Positions 9,867 to 17,556 of a stretch of 46,909 nt of DNA are shown here, one piece after another. How positions within the stretch are numbered: the stretch's first letter is position 1; every line of letters begins with the position of its first letter. The notes beneath the pieces were generated by a model, which saw only the letters and a program-made list of their open reading frames with translations, made no database searches and was not told the origin of the DNA. Source of the stretch: a virus; the IMG/VR virus record IMGVR_UViG_3300029336_000005. One strand, given 5' to 3'. The translations under genes were made by a program, and so were the position numbers.

Positions 9867-11021
9867 CGGGACTTTTATCTTTTCAATCTCTGCCCGGAGT
9901 TCTGCTAGTGTCCTGTGACCGTACACAGCGTTCGTGACATCGTTTCCAAACGAATGTCCCAGCATCCTCTTCCGATCGTTCTCCCGGACGCCATATTTTT
10001 CACACAGAGTAGAAAAGGTGTGTCGACAATCGTGCGGTGTGTGCTTCGGGTCGCCGGTTATTTTCAAGCGTTCCAGTGTAGGGTAAAACAGGGCGTTTCG
10101 GTGTTGTGTCTGGGAATAGATGCAGAGCCTGCCGTTTTGCGTCAGGACCTTGTTCTTCGCAAACTCATATATGGACGGATGAATCGGAACGATCCTGTCT
10201 TTTCCGGCTGCGGTCTTGATGCCACCCTGGAAATATCTTTCTTCAAGATTTGTCGTAAGCTTCAGGACCTCGCCAATTCGCCAGCCGGAGTAGCACATGA
10301 TCAGAATGAGCTGTACTTCTGGATCATCGGTGTTATTCCAGAGAATTTGCAATTCCTCATCCGAAAAAGGTGTGCCATGCTCCGTATCATCATTTGCGTT
10401 AACTTTTACATATAAAGCCTTGTTTTCCGACACAATTTCTGAATAAATGGCATACTTATACATCTGTTTAAAGAGGGTTAATATAATTGCTTTGCTTTGC
10501 TTCTTAAGAGTGCATTTGTCTATTACGTCTTGCAAGTCGGGGGCTTTTAAATCTTCAAATGTGCGATTGCGCAATGTTTTACAGTTTGAGTAAGCTGTTT
10601 TGTATGATTCCATCGAGCTATAAGACGCTTTTGTTCCGTCTGGAAATTTCCATGCGTAGAATTGTTCATATACCTCTGAGAACGTCAATTTGTGCGTTTC
10701 CGGGTGTTTTTCTTCTGTGCCCTTAAATGTATTGTAGTCCGACAAAATACGGCTTATAAGGGCGTCTGCGTCCGTTGTAGGGGCAATCTCAAGTTCCTTT
10801 TCCATACCTGGCTTGTACGTTCCGGCTTTGTATGCTGTCAGAACGGCGAACCCTTTCAGATAGTCGTCAACGTAGCAGATCGCAGGCGGACGGATCGCTT
10901 TTCCTGTTGCGTCAATCGTTGCCGGTGGGTGCACTGCATAGCAGTTTCTTCGACCCTTGCCGAGATAGCGGATAGACCCGAAACTATTCGGCAATTTCGG
11001 GTATTTCTTTCTTTTTGCCAT
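9846..11021 (-). CDS. int: Tyrosine recombinase (phage integrase)
   Basis: 391 aa. The C-terminal catalytic region has WRIGE, HDCRHTF, LGHS and a Y in VYGH. RBS is aaggagga. Confidence 0.9.
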   Translation of the reverse strand: MAKRKKYPKLPNSFGSIRYLGKGRRNCYAVHPPATIDATGKAIRPPAICYVDDYLKGFAVLTAYKAGTYKPGMEKELEIAPTTDADALISRILSDYNTFKGTEEKHPETHKLTFSEVYEQFYAWKFPDGTKASYSSMESYKTAYSNCKTLRNRTFEDLKAPDLQDVIDKCTLKKQSKAIILTLFKQMYKYAIYSEIVSENKALYVKVNANDDTEHGTPFSDEELQILWNNTDDPEVQLILIMCYSGWRIGEVLKLTTNLEERYFQGGIKTAAGKDRIVPIHPSIYEFAKNKVLTQNGRLCIYSQTQHRNALFYPTLERLKITGDPKHTPHDCRHTFSTLCEKYGVRENDRKRMLGHSFGNDVTNAVYGHRTLAELRAEIEKIKVPFVTNCD

Positions 11022-11036
11022 GATTTTCCTCCTTGT

Positions 11037-11067
11037 ATAAAAACAGCCCCTGCCATTAAGCAGGAGC
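11037..11067 (-). terminator. Putative terminator between the OB-fold gene and int
   Basis: Minus-strand hairpin gctcctgc/gcaggggc (one G-T pair) followed by tgtttttat, ending ~15 nt before the int start. Confidence 0.45.
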
Positions 11068-11075
11068 CATGTTAT

Positions 11076-11645
11076 TTACTCTATCTCGTCAATATCAAGA
11101 GAATATCCCAGCACTTCTCCGACATCTGTACATTTTCCTTTTAATGTAACGGTATCGCCTTTGGTAAGAGATGCTACCTTTGATTTTTGCTCGTCATTTT
11201 TGATATTGCACTGTACGCCAATGATTTCAAAATCGCCATCTGCCGTAAGATTTATGTATTCACCAGAAGCATCAATATTAGTAAGTTTTCCGGTGATCTC
11301 AAGATATTTACCTTTGTATTTATCAGATGCACCCATGGCGTTGCTATCAAGATCGGACATCATATCATTAACGGAAACAGCAGTATACTCGATCGGCGCA
11401 GCTTCTTCTTTTGATTTAGCAGCAGTTTCTTTCTTTTCTGAAGAAGTAGCGGTTGCTGCGCTTTTATCTGATTCTGAATCACTTTCGCCAGCTACAGCTC
11501 CGATGATAGCTCCGACAAGGATTATCAGTACAACCCATTTGAGTTTTCCGCCTTTTAATTTCTTTCGGCACTGCGGGCAGACCTTAGCATCTGCCGGAAT
11601 CTCTGTTTTACAATACTTGCATTTCTTTGTTTTTTCTTCGCTCAT
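11076..11645 (-). CDS. Membrane-anchored zinc-ribbon protein with an extracytoplasmic OB-fold (tRNA_anti-like) domain
   Basis: CKYCKTEIPADAKVCPQCRKK, then one TM (WVVLIILVGAIIGAV), a Ser/Thr/Lys linker, and a C-terminal YKGKYLEITGKL...GDTVTLKGKC pattern. Confidence 0.6.
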   Translation of the reverse strand: MSEEKTKKCKYCKTEIPADAKVCPQCRKKLKGGKLKWVVLIILVGAIIGAVAGESDSESDKSAATATSSEKKETAAKSKEEAAPIEYTAVSVNDMMSDLDSNAMGASDKYKGKYLEITGKLTNIDASGEYINLTADGDFEIIGVQCNIKNDEQKSKVASLTKGDTVTLKGKCTDVGEVLGYSLDIDEIE

Positions 11646-11648
11646 GCT

Positions 11649-12353
11649 TTATTTCCCTCCAATGACGTAGTTTTCATATTTTTCTCTTATTTTCGCAAGT
11701 TCTCTTTGCCTGATCGGGACGATCGCGCCAGATACCATCGTAAAAAAATAGCTTACTTCGCTTACCTCGTCCATATTAACTATATAGCTCTGGTGGCAGC
11801 GCAAAAATCTTCCGTCAAGACTCTTTTCGATATCATTGAGCTTTCCTCGTTCCTTGTGCGATATTCCGCACGTGCAATGGACCATTATGTATTTGTTCTG
11901 GCTTTCGATGTATTCAATATGCCGGAATTCAGCTCTGTGAAAGTAGTCCTTGTTCTTGATAGTAAGCGTTTTTTCACGGATATTTTCAAGCGTCTGCTCA
12001 ACAACTGAATACATTCTTCCATGCTCAGAGCCTTTAATGATGTAATGAACCGGCAGCACATCAAGTGCATCAAATACATATTCTTTGCGTTCTGTCCAAA
12101 AAGTGATATTTCCATAGTATCCGATTTTTCTTAATCTTTTGGCAATCTCTATGCCATTTTCTCCGTTAATGAAGACATCAAGAATTATTATGTCATACCA
12201 TTCACCATCTGAAACATCGTCGATCAAAGGCTTTCCGCTGGTGTAGGCGGTTAATGTATATCCACCATCACCATGCTCTTTTAGATATCGGTCAATGCTA
12301 TTTTTGAAAATCTCAATCCGTAAATTATCATCGTCACAAATCGCAATTTTCAT
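11649..12353 (-). CDS. LytTR-family response regulator (receiver plus LytTR DNA-binding domain)
   Basis: MKIAICDDD, IIILDV (phospho-acceptor Asp), ITFWT and YIIKG in the receiver. The C-terminus has the LytTR pattern (FLRCHQSYIVNMD). Start moved to the second ATG for RBS spacing. Confidence 0.8.
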   Translation of the reverse strand: MKIAICDDDNLRIEIFKNSIDRYLKEHGDGGYTLTAYTSGKPLIDDVSDGEWYDIIILDVFINGENGIEIAKRLRKIGYYGNITFWTERKEYVFDALDVLPVHYIIKGSEHGRMYSVVEQTLENIREKTLTIKNKDYFHRAEFRHIEYIESQNKYIMVHCTCGISHKERGKLNDIEKSLDGRFLRCHQSYIVNMDEVSEVSYFFTMVSGAIVPIRQRELAKIREKYENYVIGGK

Positions 12354-12421
12354 GTAAATCATTCCCTTGTAAACATTGTTTTCGCCATTTGCAAAAAAAA
12401 GTGTTTAAATATGTTATTTTT

Positions 12422-12450
12422 ATTATAGCATCGTTAAATTTAGTTGTAAA
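12422..12450 (-). promoter_or_regulatory. Sigma70-type promoter for the LytTR/OB-fold (and int) operon
   Basis: Minus strand reads TTTACA, 17 nt, then TGcTATAAT (extended -10), ~60 nt upstream of the LytTR start. Confidence 0.55.
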
Positions 12451-12475
12451 TAGACGTTTTTAGGTGATTTATGAA

Positions 12476-12805
12476 ATGAAAATAATCAAAAATATACTAA
12501 TTATAATAGGAGCTGTGCTTTTGCTTAATTACATTGTTTATTTACCAATGTGTATAGACGATTATATCCATGAAGAGTCAGGAGTGTATTCTGTCCAAAA
12601 TGCGTACAGATCTTCTACCCTACATAAGAATAGTGCCCATGAAATAAAGCAGACCATGCCGCCGTTTTTATTCGCCCTGCCACTAAACAGAAAAGACTAT
12701 ATCTTTGATGTTACGAATAATTTCTATGCAATCATAAACATATCGGTGTATATCTGGCAGTTGCCAAGAGCAAACATTAGTGATATAATAGCAAAAACGA
12801 ACTAA
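12476..12805 (+). CDS. Hypothetical membrane/secreted protein in an AT-rich region
   Basis: N-terminal hydrophobic helix ILIIIGAVLLLNYIVYL. RBS aggtga lies 9 nt before ATG 12476. Confidence 0.4.
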   Translation: MKIIKNILIIIGAVLLLNYIVYLPMCIDDYIHEESGVYSVQNAYRSSTLHKNSAHEIKQTMPPFLFALPLNRKDYIFDVTNNFYAIINISVYIWQLPRANISDIIAKTN

Positions 12806-12877
12806 TGTTCGGTTCTATTTCCCACAGCCGGACATATACTGTAATGTAAGTGGTAGTTGTGACAGGGAGGGTTATTT

Positions 12878-12979
12878 ATGGATTATAAGAAAGAGATTAT
12901 TGAGATGATAGAAAAAGCAGACCATGACCAATTATATACAATATTTAGATTTATAATATCATTTCTAGGACTGAAATAA
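12878..12979 (+). CDS. 33-aa small ORF (MDYKKEIIEMIEKADHDQLYTIFRFIISFLGLK)
   Basis: RBS gggagg 7 nt upstream, followed immediately by the bidirectional terminator. Below the ORF-track size cutoff. Confidence 0.4.
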   Translation: MDYKKEIIEMIEKADHDQLYTIFRFIISFLGLK

Positions 12980-12985
12980 AGAAAA

Positions 12986-13018
12986 GGGGCAGGAGTTACA
13001 TCCTGTCCCTATCTTTTT
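12986..13018. terminator. Bidirectional terminator shared by the small ORF and the convergent repressor gene
   Basis: Stem ggggcagga/tcctgtccc, loop gttaca, with T-runs on both strands. Confidence 0.7.
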
Positions 13019-13388
13019 ACTCCTCTTTCTTGTCCGCTAAAGCGTTCGCAAGTTTCTGAAGTGTTTCCCATTCTGATTCATTTAGATTAGCAAGTATTTC
13101 TACTAATCGTATCTTGAAGCTATCTGCTTCTCCATTCAGAACCGAACCAACGAAATCCGCAATCTCGGATTTTCTCTTATTCTGGATGAACATATCACCT
13201 GTTCCCTTAGTCAGCCATTCGTAGTTGACTTTGAATTCCCTACAGATATCCTTGACAGTTCGATCTGATGGAACTCTTTCTCCTTTTTCTATCATCCAAA
13301 CAAAATTCTTAGATACCCCGATTTTCTCGGCGAACTCATCCTGAGTCATCTTCGCAGTCTTTCTTATTTGTTGAATCCTGGTATTCAC
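13017..13388 (-). CDS. CI-like XRE-family repressor
   Basis: HTH IRKTAKMTQDEFAEKIGVSKNFVWMIEKGERVP, and the gene is divergent from the early operon. Start set at the GTG 8 nt after AGGAGGTG (the track start at 13397 overlaps the RBS). Confidence 0.8.
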   Translation of the reverse strand: MNTRIQQIRKTAKMTQDEFAEKIGVSKNFVWMIEKGERVPSDRTVKDICREFKVNYEWLTKGTGDMFIQNKRKSEIADFVGSVLNGEADSFKIRLVEILANLNESEWETLQKLANALADKKEE

Positions 13389-13420
13389 TCTTTTCACCTC
13401 CTATTCTTAACTGCAAGTAT

Positions 13421-13449
13421 ATAGTAGCATAAAAATCTAACTCTGTCAA
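13421..13449 (-). promoter_or_regulatory. Repressor (maintenance-type) promoter
   Basis: Minus strand reads TTGACA, 17 nt, then TGcTACTAT. Confidence 0.6.
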
Positions 13450-13469
13450 ATTTTTTGTGAGATTTACGC

Positions 13470-13498
13470 TTGACAAATCTATCTGAGTGAGATATTAT
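13470..13498 (+). promoter_or_regulatory. Rightward early promoter
   Basis: TTGACA (13470-75), 17 nt, TATTAT (13493-98), placed back-to-back with the repressor promoter. Confidence 0.65.
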
Positions 13499-13500
13499 AA

Positions 13501-13520
13501 TAACACAAGGTAACACAAAG
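13501..13520 (+). promoter_or_regulatory. Operator-like direct repeats TAACACAAgg TAACACAAag (third copy at 13868-13875)
   Basis: Read directly, immediately downstream of the early -10 box with a 10-bp period. Confidence 0.5.
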
Positions 13521-13909
13521 CCTTGAGCGTTTACCACAATCCGATAGAAACAAGGCGTCTATTAAATAAAAAGAAACTGCTAGGGGTCTCGTCCCTAACA
13601 GCTCTTTACCAAATTTGTTTACCCTATGTACTTTGCAGGCTGACGCCACATCTGACGAGACCAAATGCTTCTTGAAGCACCTTGTCACTTTCGCAGTCTT
13701 GGTTCTGCAACATGCCTAATCGCTGACAAAACAATCAGAGCCGTCTTTGACCTGTTTTGACTGTCGAGGTATCAGTATGGACGGATTAAAAGCAAAGGGA
13801 ACAGGCAAATTCAAAAGTTGGGTCATGATAACCACTCCTTTCCTTTGCCAATAGGCATTAACTAGGATAACACAAATAAGTGGTAAACGCAACTAAAAAT
13901 AAGTAGGGG

Positions 13910-14098
13910 GTGATTTTTTTGGAACGTCTTTACACTTGTGAAGAAATCGCTCAGAGATATAGCGTGAAAGTTCCTACCGTGTGGAGATGGATACGGAATA
14001 AACAGCTTCCGGCAATCAATCTGAACGGCTCTGGTTACAGAGTATCAGAAAGCGACTTAGTTGCTTTTGAAGAATCAAAACGCGTAAGAAAGGAGTGA
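13910..14098 (+). CDS. Excisionase-family (HTH_17/MerR-like) DNA-binding protein in the Cro position
   Basis: LYTCEEIAQRYSVKVPTVWRWIRNKQLPA...GYRVSESDLVAF. The true start may be TTG 13919 (better RBS spacing). Confidence 0.6.
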   Translation: MIFLERLYTCEEIAQRYSVKVPTVWRWIRNKQLPAINLNGSGYRVSESDLVAFEESKRVRKE

Positions 14099-14103
14099 AT
14101 ACA

Positions 14104-14268
14104 TTGTCTGAGAAAGAAAAGAAGATTCTCGAATCAATAACCAAGGCAGTTCCCAATATGTCAGAGTTTGACAAGGGATATTTCCTCGGTGTTGGCGAGA
14201 CAATTGCCAAGTATAAGAATGCTGATAAGACAGATGATTCTGGCAAGACACAGAAAGAAAGTTCGTAA
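14104..14268 (+). CDS. Small protein, paralog A (MSEKEKKILESITKAVPNMSEFDKGYFLG...)
   Basis: TTG start 9 nt after aaggag. About 75 percent nucleotide identity with 14870-14960. Confidence 0.45.
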   Translation: MSEKEKKILESITKAVPNMSEFDKGYFLGVGETIAKYKNADKTDDSGKTQKESS

Positions 14269-14285
14269 CATGGAGGTGAAAACAA

Positions 14286-14525
14286 ATGTTCCACAGAACA
14301 CCGTCAAAATATGACAACATGACAAAATGGGAAATCTTGGATTCCATAAATAGTGACCCTCATTATTCACATGGGAAAATGGCTAGGCAAGCACACAGAG
14401 CGTTGCGCAAGTATGGTGACGGATTACCAATCATTTACAGATATCCGAATTTCCCCTATTTGTTATCTGCATTTGCTGGAGGATTCTCAGCTGCGACCGT
14501 ATTCATTTTGTTTTCGTCAATGTAA
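14286..14525 (+). CDS. Hypothetical protein
   Basis: RBS ggaggtg 7 nt upstream. The 3' end overlaps the convergent minus-strand gene. Confidence 0.4.
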   Translation: MFHRTPSKYDNMTKWEILDSINSDPHYSHGKMARQAHRALRKYGDGLPIIYRYPNFPYLLSAFAGGFSAATVFILFSSM

Positions 14526-14836
14526 ACATTGATTACCTGTCCAGATTTGTACAGTGCAAATAAGCTAATTACGATGGCAACAACGGACAGAACAACAGGG
14601 ATATACCACCGTCTGCGGTCTCTTGCATAAGAATCATAAAAAGCTTTTCCAGCTGACTGAATGCAGACAATGGTTGGTGTGATTCTTGAATCAGTATCTT
14701 CTTTACTGTATTTAATGAACCCGCGTTTCCCAAGATATTCTATTTCTCCTTTTTCCGATTCGGAAAAATCAGACAACGGTATATCAGTTTTATAAAGACG
14801 TTTTAACAATTTGATTTGTGAACCAGAAATTTCCAT
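14456..14836 (-). CDS. Membrane-anchored protein on the opposite strand within the early region (superinfection-exclusion candidate)
   Basis: 126 aa from MEISGSQIKLL, with C-terminal TM WYIPVVLSVVAIVISLFALY. SD AGGAGAG lies 5 nt before the ATG. Confidence 0.5.
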   Translation of the reverse strand: MEISGSQIKLLKRLYKTDIPLSDFSESEKGEIEYLGKRGFIKYSKEDTDSRITPTIVCIQSAGKAFYDSYARDRRRWYIPVVLSVVAIVISLFALYKSGQVINVYIDENKMNTVAAENPPANADNK

Positions 14837-14885
14837 AACATCTCTCCTTTCGTAGGAGAGTATATCACAAGAAAGGAGTGAGTGC

Positions 14886-15038
14886 ATGTCTGAAAAAGAA
14901 AAAAGAATCGTTGAAAAGCTGAAAAACGCGATTCCTAATATGTCAGAGTTTGACAAAGGATACATTCTTGGCAAGACGGAAAGTTTTTCTGAGAAGAAAG
15001 ACGATTCCGACCAGAAAGAAAGTAAGAAAGGAGCATAA
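14886..15038 (+). CDS. Small protein, paralog B (MSEKEKRIVEKLKNAIPNMSEFDKGYILG...)
   Basis: RBS aaggag 7 nt upstream. Paralogous to 14104..14268. Confidence 0.5.
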   Translation: MSEKEKRIVEKLKNAIPNMSEFDKGYILGKTESFSEKKDDSDQKESKKGA

Positions 15039-15039
15039 A

Positions 15040-15369
15040 ATGAGCGAAATTGATACTTACATCAAAGAAAATGCAGAAGTTCATCAGTTCGCCGCAGAGG
15101 TTGCGAGAATCATATCAGGCATTCCACAGATGCCAGAGTTTTCATCAGAGAGTATGAGCGTATCTGATACAAGCAAGCTGATCGGACTTCCTGCAACATC
15201 AATCCGAGCAGGAATTGTATACGGATGGCTGCCGATCGGGACTGCTATCCAGAATAACAAGCCAGCAAAAAGCCTTTCCGGTGGCAGGATCACATACATC
15301 ATAAGCCCTAGGAAAGTCTATGAAGTGACCGGACATGTCTGGAAAGGCAAGGCTGCTCTCAATAAGTGA
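15040..15369 (+). CDS. Putative DNA-binding protein (excisionase-like HTH)
   Basis: SKLIGLPATSIRAGIVYGWLPIG...RITYIISPRKV. ATG 15040 follows aaaggag. Confidence 0.35.
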   Translation: MSEIDTYIKENAEVHQFAAEVARIISGIPQMPEFSSESMSVSDTSKLIGLPATSIRAGIVYGWLPIGTAIQNNKPAKSLSGGRITYIISPRKVYEVTGHVWKGKAALNK

Positions 15370-15497
15370 GTGCCCCGGAGGGAGCCGACACCTCCACCCC
15401 GGAGCTTTGCACCCACTAAAGTGCTTTAGTGGATACAGGTTAATTATAAGCCTCTATCTGCTAATTGTAAAGACAAATAAGGAGAAATTAGCACGAT

Positions 15498-15677
15498 ATG
15501 AGTGAAATTAAAAACGAAAATCAGCCAACATGGGCTGACATCGAAGTAGCACTTGCTACTGAGATTGTCGAGGAAAGCAAGAAAAAGTCAAGGAGATGGT
15601 TCACAGCATGGATTGTGACAGTCGCCGCACTGGTGGCAAGCAATCTTGCGTGGATCATAGGAGGTATCAGTGAATAA
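15498..15677 (+). CDS. 59-aa membrane protein
   Basis: RBS aaggaga. TM WFTAWIVTVAALVASNLAWIIGG. Confidence 0.4.
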   Translation: MSEIKNENQPTWADIEVALATEIVEESKKKSRRWFTAWIVTVAALVASNLAWIIGGISE

Positions 15678-15852
15678 CTTGAAAAATATCATCTGTGCCG
15701 CACTGATCGGGAGCTTTTCCACGTTCCTTCCGTTCTGGCAGTGGGACGGATCGGGCAGACAGCTTTTTGCGGCGGTGATGAATACAACAATCGTATATGG
15801 AATTCTCTGGGATATTGATACGACAGAGGGAAAGGAGAATGAAAATGTATAA
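15670..15852 (+). CDS. 60-aa membrane protein
   Basis: GTG start after ataggaggt, with two hydrophobic segments. Confidence 0.4.
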   Translation: MNNLKNIICAALIGSFSTFLPFWQWDGSGRQLFAAVMNTTIVYGILWDIDTTEGKENENV

Positions 15853-16225
15853 GAAAGAGATTGACGAAATTTACGAACTCTGTAAAAGAGTTGCAAATGA
15901 AGTTCCGACAGCAAACGCCTCGTTCAATTATTCAATTTATGGCATGAGTGTATGTGCACTTAAAAGGAAGGAAGATGTTAATCTTCCCGAAGACAAATTT
16001 AAATGGGATTTGTATCAGAGCGTATCTTTTAATCCATTTTACGAGAAAGAGAGTCGTGAAAGTCTCAAAATAATCAAGACTTTCTTACTAGAACTTCTGA
16101 TAGATGGGAGGTGCCCGTTAAATGTTGAATCAGACAGAGTTGAAGCTCCTGCCGACAATGGAACTGATAACGACAGTGAACGAGCTTCTGGAGGAGCTGA
16201 ACAGGCGGAAAGCGTACATTCTTGA
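15845..16225 (+). CDS. Hypothetical protein
   Basis: ATG 7 nt after aaggag. The 3' ~100 nt overlap the next ORF and encode a low-complexity tail, so the true end is uncertain. Confidence 0.4.
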   Translation: MYKKEIDEIYELCKRVANEVPTANASFNYSIYGMSVCALKRKEDVNLPEDKFKWDLYQSVSFNPFYEKESRESLKIIKTFLLELLIDGRCPLNVESDRVEAPADNGTDNDSERASGGAEQAESVHS

Positions 16226-16367
16226 CTGGGAGAACACGGACATGTATCTGAACCATCTCGAATATCATTGCGCTGGCGGAATCTTTCCAAACGGCAAACA
16301 GAATCCAGCGAGAGGAGATGGATCAGATAATCTATATTGCTTTTTTGAGGAGGTTCTTAGATGCTAA
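16122..16367 (+). CDS. Hypothetical protein
   Basis: RBS gggaggtg 10 nt upstream. Confidence 0.45.
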   Translation: MLNQTELKLLPTMELITTVNELLEELNRRKAYILDWENTDMYLNHLEYHCAGGIFPNGKQNPARGDGSDNLYCFFEEVLRC

Positions 16368-16978
16368 AGAAATTTGCTGAAATGCGTAAGATTGACGTTC
16401 TTCCGTATTGCGAGAAGCGTGATGGCATGTTGTATCTGAACTGGGCAAAGTGCATCGATATTCTTCATGAGAATGGTGCTGAAAAGGTTTATTTTGTTCC
16501 AATTCCGAATGAACGGACGGGAGGTAGCCTTTATTATTCGGACGTTGTTTTTACGGACAAGAACGGCGTAACAAACAGGACTTACGAAACCAGGATCAAA
16601 GTGGTGATCGATGATATGGAATATATCATGCAATCCCCAGTGATGAATGGAACTAATCCGGTAAAAGACAATTCCATGAGTCAGCAGAGGGTATGGAACA
16701 GTATGTGCCGTTCCTTTGTGAAATGTGTGGCCATACATACAGGGCTGGGTTTCAATCTCTGGCTGAAGGAGGAACACAGGCCATTTAGCAGTGAAATCCC
16801 GGGCGAGGATCCACTTGCTACGCCTGCGCAACTTAAGACCATAAAAAGTCTTGGCCAGAAACATAAGATCAATCTGGATTACTGGATCCGGTCTAATGGA
16901 AAAACATGGGAGAACCTTACAGAAACCGATGCAGGCAATATGCTGAACGCTTTAAAAGAGAAGTATGGTGATGATTAA
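16361..16978 (+). CDS. Rad52/Sak-like single-strand annealing protein (DUF1071-type)
   Basis: LYLNWAKCIDIL motif, position at the head of the recombination module, and an acidic C-terminus. Confidence 0.5.
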   Translation: MLKKFAEMRKIDVLPYCEKRDGMLYLNWAKCIDILHENGAEKVYFVPIPNERTGGSLYYSDVVFTDKNGVTNRTYETRIKVVIDDMEYIMQSPVMNGTNPVKDNSMSQQRVWNSMCRSFVKCVAIHTGLGFNLWLKEEHRPFSSEIPGEDPLATPAQLKTIKSLGQKHKINLDYWIRSNGKTWENLTETDAGNMLNALKEKYGDD

Positions 16979-17556
16979 TGGAATTTAAAGGAAAGATTTC
17001 TTCAGCGTTCCGGGATATCGTAACCGGGAAATGGAATCTTACATTTTCTACGGATCAAAATGTTGCAGAAGCAGCTCAAATCTTCTCCGGTAAAGATATA
17101 GACGTAAAACTGAAGCAGCACAAAGAAAAGCGTTCCCTGGATGCAAATGCCTATTACTGGTGCCTTTTGACTAAGCTGGCAAGAATTCATGGCTGGAGTA
17201 ATGCAGAAGCTCACAACCGGATGTTAAGGGACTACGGACAGTATGAACAAGTGGAGGGACAGCTGATTGCCATTCCCCTTCCTGACACGGATCAGGCAGA
17301 AAGAGAAGTCCTGAACAAGATGGAGTATCACCTGGCATTATCTCCAAAGGTCACGATCATGAAAGGTGAAACCAAGCGTGTGTATCTCCTTCTGAGGGGT
17401 TCTAGTACCTACAACACAGAAGAGATGGCCAGACTGATCAGCGGGCTGATTGAAGAATGCAGATATTCCGGAATCCCAGATAGTGAGATCATGACACCAT
17501 TTGAGAAGCGGAAATTATATGAGCAATACGGAATAGGAGTGAAGCATGAACAGTAG
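16978..17556 (+). CDS. NinB/Orf-like recombination mediator
   Basis: KRSLDANAYYWCLLTKLA resembles the lambda NinB RSLDQNRKLWACL motif. Adjacent to the SSAP gene. Confidence 0.55.
   Translation: MEFKGKISSAFRDIVTGKWNLTFSTDQNVAEAAQIFSGKDIDVKLKQHKEKRSLDANAYYWCLLTKLARIHGWSNAEAHNRMLRDYGQYEQVEGQLIAIPLPDTDQAEREVLNKMEYHLALSPKVTIMKGETKRVYLLLRGSSTYNTEEMARLISGLIEECRYSGIPDSEIMTPFEKRKLYEQYGIGVKHEQ

Noticed and set aside
13527-13537. TACCACAA inside the early leader matches 8 nt of the late promoter motif.
   Set aside because: An 8-mer is expected about once by chance in this much sequence on two strands, and the flanks and the -10 spacing are not conserved.
13479-13688. 69-aa minus-strand ORF crossing the early promoter.
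   Set aside because: It has no SD, it spans the -10 box and the operator repeats, and the peptide composition is implausible.
14950-15039. Upstream extension of ORF 15040..15369 (track start 14950).
   Set aside because: The extension overlaps paralog B in another frame, is highly basic and low-complexity, and lacks an SD. ATG 15040 follows aaaggag.
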